DNA from: Octopus vulgaris
Lineage: Eukaryota
NCBI GenBank assembly: GCA_951406725.2
Contig: OX597823.1
Coordinates: 68,386,001 to 68,450,000 of the forward strand
Length of the DNA: 64,000 nucleotides
Direction of reading: 5' to 3'
Made by a program: the position numbers and the translations under genes. Position 1 is the stretch's first letter, and the number at the start of each line of letters is the position of its first letter. A model generated the notes under the pieces. That model was given only the letters and a program-made list of their open reading frames with translations, was not told the DNA's origin and made no database searches. Below are positions 51,071 through 64,000 of the stretch, piece after piece.

Positions 51071-51240
51071 TATATATAACATACAGAAAATTGCACTACT
51101 GGGCACTGCACACATCCTACACAAAACACTTTCAATACAGTAACCATAAGAGCATCACAGCAAACCACAGCACATACCCAAGGCACACAGAGCTGTGCTC
51201 GGTAGTGAAGTGAAAGCACGTTATAAAAATAAAACTACTG
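51067..51240 (+). mobile_element. 3' end of a Dong/R4-like LINE between (AAT)n tracts
   Basis: IQKIALLGTAHILHKTLSIQ* matches IQKIVLMGTAHILHKVPSM* of ORF 31988-33763, but the 3' UTR differs. AAT tracts at 51001-51066 and 51246-51260. Confidence 0.88.
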
Positions 51241-53274
51241 AATAAAATAATAATAATAATTCAAGTCGTTTGTCATAATGTTAGGAAAAATACACAACAT
51301 ATGTAAAGTATAATACTTTTCCAAAGCAAACCTTATGATTGCATACTTAGTAGATAGTAAATGTTTTAATTGACACACTATAAAAGGACTATTTGTTTAT
51401 GATATTAAGGAGTGCAAGTTGACTTTGCTGTGTGTTAGTGTTGTTGTTAAGGCCTAAAGACCCCATCGTAGAGCCGACCAGTGATAAAAGACATTCTAGC
51501 CATTTCATTATCATTTTTAACAAATAGTGTGTCTAAGAGGATATTTATCAAATATGTTCTCACTTCATGAGGTTAAATTGTGAGGTGTGGTTTCAGCTAT
51601 ATTTGGCTGCTGCTTATAACAAGTTGAACGAACATGTAGAAGCTCTCTCATTCTGTTCAGTAGTAGAGAGAATCAAATAAAAGTGTCTGATTAACATTTT
51701 TAATTTAGTTAACTCACCTTCCTTGTGGGAAATGTTTAACATTTAAAATTTGGAAAGAGTTTCTATTTGAACGTGATAGTGTTTGTTTTGTGGAATATAC
51801 ACCATTCTGATCAGACTAATTGGCTGCATAAAAGATCCCAAGCTGCATTATTATATTATAACATGCCACACTACATCATATATCAGTAACTTCTGATATG
51901 ATGTGGCAAGCTGTCATAGTATAGTGATAAATAGTATATGTTATGAAGTATTGTGCGATATATGGTATTATTACAATGCAGTATTATGTGGCATAGCAAT
52001 ATGTCAAATGATGTGGTATTGATTTTTCATATTGTTAAGGGGCTGTAGAATGAAATAGTATGTACAGATCAATAGAATATTTATAATAAAAAGAGATAAA
52101 TATAAATATATAACTTTGAGAAAGTACGGATGCTTTCCTTCCAGTTAAATTCAAATTATATCTGAACACTCCTCTTGAGTCTGAAATATTGATTAGTAAA
52201 TGGGCAGACTGTCATTAATAGGACAACTCTGACTGAAACTTATGACAACTGCGAAATTAATTATTTTAGTAATTTGCAAATGCATTAGCATAAAAATCAG
52301 AAAGTTGGATTCATTGATTCATAAGTTTGCGACTTCATGAGTTCAAACTATACCTGCAGAGATTTTAATGGTGTATGTCAACAGCTGTAAAATTTCATAC
52401 TTGAAGAATTGGAAATGTCTACATTCACGTCATCATTTACCACTGCTAACTTATTTAATGCATAGAGCATTATTATGAAGCAGAAATAATTATGCAGTTT
52501 GGGAAAGAATAAAAGAATATCAATCAATGATTAATATTATTTTCAACTTTTGTTAAAGCCATCTTTGTCTTTTCTCCTTTCTGGATCAATAAAATAAGGT
52601 ACCAGTCAAGAGTTGATGTCAATTTAATTGACTATAGTCTCTACCAAAATGTGTGGTCATTTGCCAATGTTTGAAAGAAATATTGTTTACATTATTTTGG
52701 CAAGAATAGGAGACAACTGAAGACATTTTCATTTTATTATAATTATCTTACAGCAAGCCAACTCGCTCTGAAGAAATAATATTTTAAAAATTCGCTACTT
52801 TACAATCTGCAGAATGCTTATAAATAACAATTACAAACTTCAAGCAACAATTTTCTTTTAGTTTATGAGAGTGAAATATCAGAAAAAGAATAGTATTTTA
52901 TGTTTCATCATTAAATTCAAAGGATAATTAAATATTTAATTTGTTAGTCATTCCTTTGTTTACTACCACTTGTTTCATGGCAGATAAATTAAGTTCAGTA
53001 TGGTCACTAGACATATATAAGTATGTGTGTGTGCTTATATACAAATGAATGTCTATGTATTTATCTATCTATATCTATATTTTGCTTTCATGGCTGTAGA
53101 GGCCAAGAAGCTCACTTCAAAACTACATGGATTTTAGGTTCGGTTCCACTATGTGGAACTTTTGGTAACTGTCTTTTTCTATCATTACAGGTCAACAAAC
53201 TCTTTATAAAAAAATTTTGAAAAAATTTGATAGTTAGAAACTGAAAGCCCATTTGTATATATATATATATATGC

Positions 53275-53307
<33 letters not shown>

Positions 53308-56300
53308 CGTGCAGATGTCAGTATTTGTTTACATTTGCATTATTTTCAAAGTTGTTGGCCAACATATGTTGGTAATGGTGTCACTCTCCTTGTCAACAAA
53401 TTATCTGCAGCTTCACACCTTTGAAAACATATGAAATAAGAGATCTCTTCTTTGAAAAACAAATAAGGATCAATGACAGGGAGGTCATCCAGCTGTAAAA
53501 CAATGCTTTGATGATATATCTGTCCTACCAATGGAAGCATGGAAAGACAAATGTAAAATGAACAAACCAATGAGAATATAAACACATACATATTTATGAG
53601 AGATAATCAACACAAGAATCACACACTTGGATGACAATGTTTGACATGGTAACTAACCAGTCATGTGAGCAGATTTGAAAGAAATGAAATGTCTTTTATT
53701 ATTATTTCCAAACCAGCTGGACATGCAGAGTCAACTGGTCAAATGAAACTGTGGCTTGGGTATGAAATTGTCTCACATAAATTTATATATCTAAGATTAT
53801 TCATACTTCCAGAATTTAGTTTTATTGAGCATTTTAAAGTTTTTATATCTTAATATAAAAAAAAGAAACAATATAAATATATGAGTAAAAATTTGGTGAG
53901 TAAATACTCAATAGAAGTAGTAAAGTTTATCATGTCATTTGAAGTAGGTGGTTCACTCAGTTACTGCTGGCTGCCTATATCTAAGTTGACAGATACAAAC
54001 TCAGAAAAACCATAGATGAACATTTAAATGAAAAGTTCAGTTCAGTATTATATATTGCCAGACTGAGAAAACAAAGAAAAATTCTTACTAAATACACAAA
54101 TAGATGCCCAAATAACTTATGAACTTCCAAAATATGGAAGATATAAAACTTGACCAAAATAGATTGAAAAAGATATAAATAATGGGACATGACAAATAAG
54201 ACAACATTTATTGTCTTGATTCTAAAAGAATAATAAAATCAACATTTCAGTCATGATAAGAAAGAGTAGGGCTATAAATATAAACTAAAAACTTAGTCAA
54301 CAGAGTACAAGACAGCTACCAGGAAAGTTATTGGTTTGCATCCTGTTACTGCCACTACATAGTGTCCATTCACTGAATCTCAAATGATCCATTCCATGCA
54401 TGCTAAAAGGAAACAAATGTCACTGAAAGGAATTCTGTTATTGTAAAATTGTGCTAAGTTTAACTGTTAAGGGAATAACTCTGAGAAGGATAGGTTTTAC
54501 CATATCTAGACACTCACTAGACATACTGTGCCAAGTTCAAGTTTCCAGTGTTGCACAGTTGAGCAGTGGGTTTAAAACTCACTACTATTACCATCAAACA
54601 TAATTTATTATTGACTTGGCAGAATCAGCACACACCAGCAATAAGTTTGTTTTACTGAATTTTATAAGTAAGAATGACCATTCTTGTTTACATTCAGTGA
54701 CTTGGGAAGTTGCTAGCTCCCCTACATCATTCAGTGTGTTGTCAACATAAATTGTCTAAGGGGAGACATGTTTTTTAAAGGCGATATACAGCAGCCATTA
54801 ACATATTTACATTGAAATCTAAATCTATCAAAACATATCAAAAAGGAATATGTACATCATCACTGAAATATAACATAGCTGTTAATCAAGCCAATAAAAT
54901 ATCTCTGATAAACCACAACTTACTATCTTGAAAAAGGTAGAATATTGGATAATATAGTTCTATATCCTTTCTCTGAAAAAAGTGATAGACATGGTTAGAA
55001 CAATTTGATCAGAGATCTGCCTGATTATACCTCACCCAAAACTAAGCAACAACAGATGTATGTCTGTTAGTTGATTGCTATATTAACCAACTATGATTTT
55101 TTTTATCCTTTCTGTTTTTTGTTTTGTTTTGTTTTGACTTTTCTTAAGTATGAACTTATAAGTTTATATTCAGTTGAATAAGTGAACAGGAATATGTTTT
55201 AAACAAATAACACTTATCAAAATTATTTAATTTATTGCATCGGATTATTGATAACCAATCAAATATGACATTAGTCATACATAAATCTTAGTAAAGAATA
55301 TAGAAATGACATTCACTAAATTTATCTAAAAATGGAATATTATCAATAAATTCATTTAACACTTTGTTTGACCCTACCCAAATATTTAAGCTATTTTTAA
55401 CAAAATGGATATACAAAATGTTACTAACTTCTTTGAGATTTATTGAAAATTCAATAGAATTTTACAGGATTATTTTTCTGACTTTCTGCCAAGATTGCCT
55501 TTCCATTGATTAAAACTACTAAGATTCTGATTATATAATTTCAGATTTTCTATATAATTTTACAGCATTACTTTTACCATTCTCAAAGCCATATTTTTGC
55601 AGGTCAGATTCTTTTAACATTGAGAATATTTATGTATGTTAAACTGAGATCAGAGTATAAACTTTCAAAACTTTGACCTTAAAGTTTATTAGGGAGTGTT
55701 TGAAAATGAATAAAAATCAACAAAACATAGTTTAACATTTCTCATATTTCATGTTTCCATGCCAAAGTTTTCCCAGCATTTGCCTGATATACATCTTGGG
55801 GAGTTCAAAAAGAGCCACAAAGTCTTCTTGATGTCAAAACAGCAAATAAGTCTACAGACAGATGATGATGATCATGTGTCTGAATCAATTATTAAATACA
55901 GGCACTTTAGGTCAACAATGTATCACTTGGCAATTTATTTCAATTTGATATTAAGCAGAAATGAAGAATACCAATTTTAATTCTATAATGTTTGCTTTGA
56001 CTATTATCGGTTTTATCCCAATTATCATTGTTTGAGCCATTTAGTTATCTTAAAACTATTTTGCTCATTAAATTACATTGTTGTCATCATTCTAATTCAC
56101 AAGTGAAAAAAAAATTGTGAAAAATTTGTGTTATTGCATGAGACTCACTAAACACATTCATACAACAATAACAGAGAATGTATCTCTTTTTCTTTGATTA
56201 TAACTATTTACATATGCTGCTATGATCTATATTTCTTATCTACTCAAACCTAAATTATTTTCATAAGCACTACTTTTAGACTTACCAGCTTACCTGAATT

Positions 56301-56692
56301 AGAATATACTTTTCATATTGATTTTGACCTTCTTAAAGATTAGAGATATATAACAGTATAAACTTAAGCTCAAACCAAGATAGTTAGGTTAATCAGATAA
56401 TCAAACTGAAAAGCATTTATAAATGTTTAAAAAAACAAAGGTATTTCAGTTGAATTGAAACCTAAAAATAATGGAAAATCATAGTTTAACTGGTGAATAA
56501 TATTAATTATATTACATTTGTTATGCTTACAGGGCAACTGTACATCAGATAAATATTCCATTCCTTCCTGGTTTTAGAGAAACCCTCCATTCTATTATAA
56601 TATTCATAGATCATTATTTTTTTTTTGGAACCATGAGCAATAATTTTCAAGGTTTATTTATTGATATTGATATTTATCTATACTAATTATAA

Positions 56693-56905
56693 AGCAGTGA
56701 GTTAGCAGGATCGTTAGCATACCAGGCAATATGCTTAGCAGTATTCCATTGTCTGTAGCTTCTGAGTTCAAATTCTTCTGAGGTTGACTTTGCCTTTCAT
56801 CATTTTGAGGTCAGTAAAATAAATAACAGTTGAACACTGGGATCGATGTAATCAACTTACCCCTCCTCCAGACATACTGACCTTGAGTCAAAATTTGAAA
56901 CCGAT
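56693..56905 (+). mobile_element. tRNA-derived SINE family B
   Basis: A-box-like TAGCAGGATCG, B box GAGTTCAAATTC and core GACTTTGCCTTTCATC. Other copies at ~9720-9920, ~29150-29308, ~43450-43700, ~52560-52680 (+) and ~60495-60705 (-). Confidence 0.8.
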
Positions 56906-58599
56906 ATTTATCTATACAAATTACTTTTATCATTTTTGCTCACAGGTAAGACCCGATCAAGCATTCCTGTTATCAATGATATTCCTTCCATGACTATCGA
57001 ATCTTATTGCATATTCAGGATTACATTGTCCTATACATCTTGTTTATGATTATACTATTGTTGTCCTTGTTCTTGATTAACACCAGATCAACTGTGAATA
57101 ATCAGAGTTGTGACCACAGCACCTTTTTAAAGGGCATTATCTAATCTTTTTTTAAGATGGTAGTGAAATTGAAGTAAATTTAACTACTAATATCTAGCCA
57201 ATCACTCATTATTGTTCCTACTGTTTCTATTACCAAAATAAGACTGAAAGATAAAAAAAAAATTAGTGCCTTAAAGATGAGTGATAAAATATAGTCCTTT
57301 TCTTTTATTAACGAAGATTATAAATTCAATATTTGGTCAGGAAAAACAAGCGGAGAAGATCTGAAAATGTATTAGTTCAGATAAAATAAAAAAAGTTTTT
57401 TCACTTTTTAATCTATATAACACAGGCCAATCTAGCATATAGTTATAAAAGGACTGAGCTAATTAGAATAAAGGCACTTAAAACTTAAATAATTGTGAGT
57501 TTGAAACTATGATCAATAAGCCAAGAATCTAGCGCCCTAACCTTGTTATATCATGTAAGATAAAAATTGAAAACAAATGACAAAACAGGAAATATGTAAA
57601 TATGTAAACGTTATACATTCTATTGAGAGTTTTGTAGTCAGGTTGAACTACTGAAAGGTTATTGGAAAACTAAATAAAAAATTTAAAAAATGGAAATTCT
57701 TTTGAATTTTAATGACTGAATTAATATTGATGATATATCTACTTTATAATTGTTGTCAAACTAAACAAAGTGCAAAAGTTATGTGGAGAGAGGATTGGCT
57801 AAATGTGAGTAGAATTCTTAAATAAAATAGCTATATTCCCCAAAGGATAACCTAAAAGTAATGTACTGGTAAGATCAATAAAATAGAAAATGAACAAATA
57901 TTGCAATAGAGCAAATACACACTTGTTAAACACTGGAGTACTAAGAGACAAGTGATGGTTTATATCAGCAAAAATCAGGCCAACAAAGCTTTAAAAATGG
58001 ATAACATTAGAGTGACTTAATATGACAGCAATAAGAAGGAAGAAAAGATAGAAGTTAGGGGGAAAGATGATGGTCAGTAAGTGGTCAGAACTAAAACATA
58101 CAGAGGAAAACAAAATAAAATGATAAAATAAAGTAAAAATGAGAAAGTGAAGGAAAGGTAAAACAAGTGAGAAAAGAATAAGGAGGGAAAAAAGTGAGAC
58201 AAGCTTAGGTTAAAATATGATGATCAACAAAGAGTTAAACTTGAACATTAACAGAGGTAATATAGAATAACCAAAGCTAAAAATGGGGCGAAGAATATGC
58301 TATAACAACTGTAAAGGGAGGAAAAAGATGCAAAGATTAGGTGACAACAGAAAAGAAAGCAGAAACAGAACAGACAAGGTAGAAAAAATTCAGAAAGTAA
58401 ATATGAAGGAAAATAAAAAAGAACAATGAAAAACAGTTAAGAAAAACGTTATAAAAAAGGGAAACCACTCAATGTTGATAAGTTATGAAGTTCCAAGATT
58501 GAAAAGGAAATATTTCACTTTATGTTAACAACTGTTTCAAGATCCATTGTGTAAGTGATACTACATGCCAAAATTTGATTTGTAGAGTGACTCAAAGCA

Positions 58600-59500
58600 A
58601 TGAAGTGTCATATTTGAAGAATTACAAAGTGCAGTTCTGGACAAAAAGAAAGTACTCCAAGCATTAAATACTCAAACAGTGTCCTTTTTAATCTATGTAT
58701 AATACATTACAGAGGTTGTATATGATACAAAGTTGAGAGAAGTGCAGTTTGTTGATGATGGCTTAGAAATTACTATAATGATGTGGTTATCAGGGTGGTG
58801 TTGAAGATAATGTTTAAAATCAAATAAAGCATTGAGAACAGGAAATATTTGAATATCTTGGCCTTGGAGTGGCTGGAACTTCTGATCAATCAATATACAA
58901 GACAGATATTTGTTCATTAAAAGAGAAGAGAGTGATTTAAGATAGGAGTGGTTTCCAGCTCAGAATATTGGAAGCAAAAGTTACAAAGAATTATCCTTTG
59001 AAAAGAAAGAGCAGATGAGTGAAATTTGATAGAACTTTGCATTCAGATTTAAAAGTATATGTGATAGAACTGTGGTGGTTTTGCAGAGAAGTTGGAATTG
59101 TTCAAGTGCAGCACTGACATGATATATGAATAAAAAGAAGTGATGCATTTCCTGAGATCGGAAGAGGAAATCAAAGTCATTATTACATAACTGGCAAAAT
59201 CAGATAATCAGAGTGTTCTGGAATGATAGACTAGATATGCGCCAGATGTGAAGAATAGAGATCAAGAAGAGTGGAAATTACTTTATAGTAGACAAAGATG
59301 TATAAGATGAAGGTTGTTAATAGCAACAGGGATATCAAGGAAAGTAACAGAAATTTCAAATATCGTCAAAGAAAATTCAATTTCAAGGTAAAAAAATAAT
59401 CATTAATCCAAGTGATAAAGAAAGCAAGTTTTCTGGTGGAAGACATTCCTACTGATGTAATCTTTAATGAAATACCTTAAGAGTTCATGAATAAACTCAA
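58600..59500 (-). mobile_element. Highly decayed APE-RT LINE fossil, tentative
   Basis: Composition and scattered motif remnants resemble 34420-36950; no sustained ORF. Confidence 0.35.
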
Positions 59501-62500
59501 TGAACTGAAAAAGTATCCCAGATTCACTGTGATGTAGAAAATATTTAATGCAATAAGAGTCCATGTTAGTCTTCATAGCTTCATTACTGCCATGTGAGAA
59601 CTCACTAGAGTATACTAGATAAAATAAAGATGTGTTTTGTTGCTTGGGACTTATTGGTAGTACTAAATGTTAAGTAAAATAATTACATTTTTGACATAGC
59701 ACGAAATATGTGGGCAAAAAGTAATTACATAATTTTACTTAGGTAAGTTGGAAGATACTCAATGCGTCAACTACAAGCAAATATTATAGAGCAACTATGA
59801 CTGCTGAGCTCAAAAATGTTAGATAGAAAATCAGAAAATGGAATTTTGGAGTATTTTTTACAAAATTAGTGGCAGTAGTAGAAACAGTATAAGAGGTGAG
59901 CTTGTGAATGGTAGTCTTACTTTATTTTTTAAAACTTTCATAAGATTTGACTAAGCTAGAAAAAAACATTTTATTGATGGAGATCTATAAAAGAATCCAC
60001 AATAGTGTGTCTGTTATCAGTTGATTAGTACTTCTACTAGTTCCAAACTTTCTGAATGTGCGCAGTTGACATAGGCAGATATAGAAATATTATATTCTTT
60101 TTCAGCATTTTTGTTTTGCTTTGTTTTTTTTTTTTAAATATCAAAACGTTGAGGTTGTGATTGTAGTTATTTATAAACAAGTCATTATAACCATCACCAT
60201 TTTATGTCTGTTTTTCTATGCTGACATTGGTTCTCCAGTATAGCATCTTGTCACTTATTGCTCTTCTTTATAATCTTTTTTTTACAAGAATTAGGATCTT
60301 CAGATCAGCCCCTTCACCATTTCTTTGCATGTCTCCCTCAGTGTTCTTCTTCTGTAGATTTTTTCCCACAAAGCACTTCCTTTTCCAATGGTCATCCTTC
60401 ATTTGCATCTCATGTCAAACACACAGCTGATTCCTTTTAAACTGTTTTTCTCACATGTATGTTAATATTATTTTCATGTATCTTAATATATTTTCAAACT
60501 TTGACACAAGACCACCAATTTAATGAGAGGGTATATGTCAATTATATCAACCCCAGTGCTCAACTGGTATTTATGTTATTGCCCCTGAAAGGATGAAAGA
60601 CAAAGACACCCTCAGTGAAATTTGAACTCAGCATGTAAAAATGGATGAAATGTCACAAAGTAATTTGGCTAGCATACTAAGGATTCTGCCATCTTGCTGC
60701 CTTATATGAATGTTGATATTGCATATCCATTGGGGTAAGCTCACTTTATTTCTTTTCAATCCATCCTCTGCATTCAGTACCCATGTCCATTACATAAGCC
60801 AAAGCAATTTGCCTTCTATTTGTAGATAAAATTCCCTTGATTCCAGTAGTGGTAATAGCATCTTGAAAATTTACCATTCCGTTCTTACAATAACTACCAT
60901 GCTTTTATAACAGACCCTTTCACAACTGGCAAGGTCACTTAAATAACAAATGTCAATAACTTTTAGGGAGTCTTCCAAGTTTTTGAAAAAATTCCTTTTG
61001 TAGATGTTCTTATTTCTAATTCCTCATATAATAAAATCCAGTTTTGTCAACCTGCCTGTTTTTCCACAACATTTTATGTGCATTCATAGTTTACATTAGA
61101 TATAAAATATACAATTCCTATCTTTGCCTTCTCTTGATATCAAGCATGACTATTTCCCCTGATGATAGCAGTGTTCTGTATTTATTCTTGCTATGATTTA
61201 TATTTTTGCAAGATTTAACTTACTTCTTAGCTCATTTGTATTCTGCTAACTTTTGTCTTTTATACCATAATATAAATTTTATTCAATCAAGCAGTTAGAT
61301 TTCTATTTGATTTCAATGAAGCAGTCTCTTTTATAAGGGATCAGAGATGCAGTTAATGACGAAGTTTAATAAGGCCAGTTCAGTTCTTACTAATTCTAAT
61401 ATGCAGTCTTGGTACTTATATCATATTATATTCATGTATATTTTGAATAGTTTATTTTCCAGTATGTGAATATAGGATATTTCTATATGAGATGATAGTC
61501 TTCATACACACACACACACAAACACACACACAGTGGCACATAGAAAAAAGAGGGGTAGGGAAGAGGGAAAGAAAGGGAGATAGGAAAAGAAGGAAATAGA
61601 AAGAAAGAGTTTATTGAAGGAATAAGAAAACCAATGAAAGAATGAACAACTATGAGTGTTTTGTGGTAATTAACAAGTTACATTATTATTTGCATATATC
61701 TATCTATACTAGATAATAGCAACTTAAACTTCAATTCTATCTCACAGAGAGGAAAAGATGTAACCCATATTAGAATGATGAATCTTGTGTGTATATGTTT
61801 GTGTGTGTGTGTTTGTGAGGGGGAGAAAGAGAAGAATGAGAGAGAGCATGGGAGAAAGAGAGCACAGGAGAGAAGAGATAGACAGAGAAGGGGTCAAATA
61901 AAAAGCCATTTGATTGGCTTGCACTACATGTTCAGTGCCAAAAGGAGACTAATAGGAAATAATTAATTCCCACTTGTGTCAGATCACAGCTCATTGAAGA
62001 GCATTGCAATTTCCTCTGCATACACCAGCAGTGATAATACCACTGAGTATATGAAGCAGTATTTACTTAGTACACATATTGTTCAACAGGTATTTAAGGA
62101 CTTCACCATCAAAAATAAACAGATTTCTCCAGTGAAGGATCTAACACAACTTGCGATGATTAGATTTAATCTACTAAGAATCAAAAGCAAGAACATAGTT
62201 TAACTGCATGCCTCAATCTACCCTTTCTATTCTATTTATCTAATCCAATACTCATAAGCTGGTGAGGAAGCTTGTACATGGTCATTTGACTTACAAGAAA
62301 TATTCCTTTCAAATCACACCCCACTATATTTTTTTTTAAAAAGAACACATTACATATTGTGGTCTGAGATAAACAACATCTGAAATGTTGTGACAGTCAT
62401 AGCTTGAATGATGTTATCAGAGGTATGTTTGATCAGAACTGAAAATAATGGCAAATACAAAGCTCACATAAACTTCCTTTTAAAGAAATCTCATATGACT

Positions 62501-62539
62501 CGTAATTTTATAGAACACAGCTTTCCTTCCTTTTATCTT

Positions 62540-62930
62540 TTATTTTTTACTTGTTTCAGTCACTAGACCGTGGCCATACTGGGGTACTACCTTGAAGGAT
62601 TTTTAGTTGAATGAATTAACCCCAGTATTTACTTTTTTAAAGCCTGGTATTTATGCTATTGGTTTCTTGCCTAACTGCTAAGTTACAGGGACATGAACAC
62701 ACCAAAACCAATTGTCCAAATACAGACACTAAGACACACACACACAGATAGATATATGTATGTATGGTAGGCTTCTTTCAGTTTCCGTCTACCAAATCTA
62801 CTCGCACTCACAAGACTTTTCTTAGCCTGAGGCTATAGAAGACATGTACCCAAGGTGTCACACAGTATAACTGAACCCAATCTCATGTGGTTGGGAAGAA
62901 AACTCCTTACCACACAGCCACACCTGTGCC
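62540..62930 (-). mobile_element. tRNA-derived SINE family A, full-length copy
   Basis: Colinear with 20722-21112 from tail (ttttacttgtttcagtca) to head (ccacacagccacacctgtgcct). Confidence 0.88.
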
Positions 62931-64000
62931 TTTCAGTAACTTCACTTTTAATCACACGAATAAAATCCAGCCCCTTGAAAATGTTAAATTTCTGACAATC
63001 TAAGCCTACAAACTGCTTGATTTTTAATTAGAAGCCATTTCACTTATTCTGGAAGTTCTCATATAAAAGTATGCTACAAGTTTCATTTCACACCTCTGAA
63101 ACCAATAGGGCTAATTACTTGTTGATAGATAGCTCTGATCAGAAGAGATCAAGTGATTGATTCTATTCATTATACAAGTTTTTGAAGGATAATGAGTCAT
63201 AGGCAATCACATCTAGTTAAAAGTGAAGATCAATCAGTAAATATATTATAATAATGAACCATCAGAATTTCAATATCGTGTCTTCACTGAATTATTCCCT
63301 AGTATCATTTATCTTGTAACTACTGATATTGGTGGATAGTAGTAAAAATCAACATGACAACTGATGGAGTGATCTCTATGCTCAAGTTCATTTTATTTTT
63401 GGTTTGTTTCCAGTGTTATATGTTCTCACTTGGTACTTATTTTCTTCCACTCTGATCTGTAATCAAGCACATTTTGAAACAAATTAGCTCTACTTGCAAT
63501 ACAGTTTATCTTTCTGTCTATTCCCTTTCTCTCTGATTCTCTACTTTGTCTCAACCCTTCTCAGGATGCAATACTGATCCACTTCCTCTCACGTTTATCT
63601 TCATTCCCTTTTAATCTGTCTCTACAGCAAGTTTTATTACTCTCCTTCTCTTTCCATTGTTTTTACATTCAGGGACTATTCCTTTTTTTCTCCCAGAGCA
63701 AGTTCTATAAACAATTGTCCCTTATTTCATTTCATTCCAACGACTTCAATGATATCCTGTTTATGCAGTGCTCACAAAATTTCCTGTGTTTTGTTTGCCT
63801 CAGTTGAAACACCTAGTAATACTTTTTATATCCATTTTTGTTGTCCCAAATTTGCTGAATAATTTCCCAGTAGTATATCCTATAGTTACTGGAACAACTG
63901 GATAGTAATAATGCTGTCTTTAGGTGCTAAAATTCTCATTACCTACAAGTGATAGATGATGAAGGGAATTCTATGTTGGCACTCATTTTATTTTTGTTTA

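Noticed and set aside
51718-51815. Minus-strand exon candidate ending in AAG|GTGAGT
   Set aside because: Good donor, but no convincing acceptor, and the peptide is not recognisable.
52752-52767. 16-nt minus-strand microexon candidate (TTCTTCAG|...|GTAAGA)
   Set aside because: Not frame-preserving and the exonic donor context is weak; such matches are expected by chance in AT-rich DNA.
56925-56965. Recursive-splice-like CAG|GTAAG on the plus strand
   Set aside because: Matches a dispersed repeat also seen at ~27868 (CAGGTCAGTCCTGATCAAGC), so it is probably incidental.

Overview
This is AT-rich, repeat-dominated eukaryotic (metazoan) genomic DNA. The repeat content and microsatellite load suggest a coleoid cephalopod such as Octopus, which is an inference. 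It is not prokaryotic: there are no operons, rRNA, true tRNA or CRISPR. Every long ORF is transposon-derived. Main contents: (1) a young Naiad-type Penelope-like retroelement in an inverted head-to-head arrangement, with a minimal hammerhead ribozyme (1-2350); (2) four RTE-clade LINE copies, one nearly intact, whose RT carries an internal PHD-type finger; (3) a 5'-truncated Dong/R4-type REL LINE with an open 591-aa frame inserted in (AAT)n, plus several related 3' fragments; (4) mariner and Tc1/maT-like relics, a non-autonomous Helitron, old APE-LINE fossils, many tRNA-derived SINEs and microsatellites. No host gene can be identified; one 45-nt minus-strand candidate exon hints that the window may be intronic. 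I found no convincing wholly new system. The best leads are the PHD-in-RT RTE, the variant hammerhead and its dispersed fossils, and (AAT)n tracts acting as shared integration platforms. Coordinates of degraded repeats are approximate.
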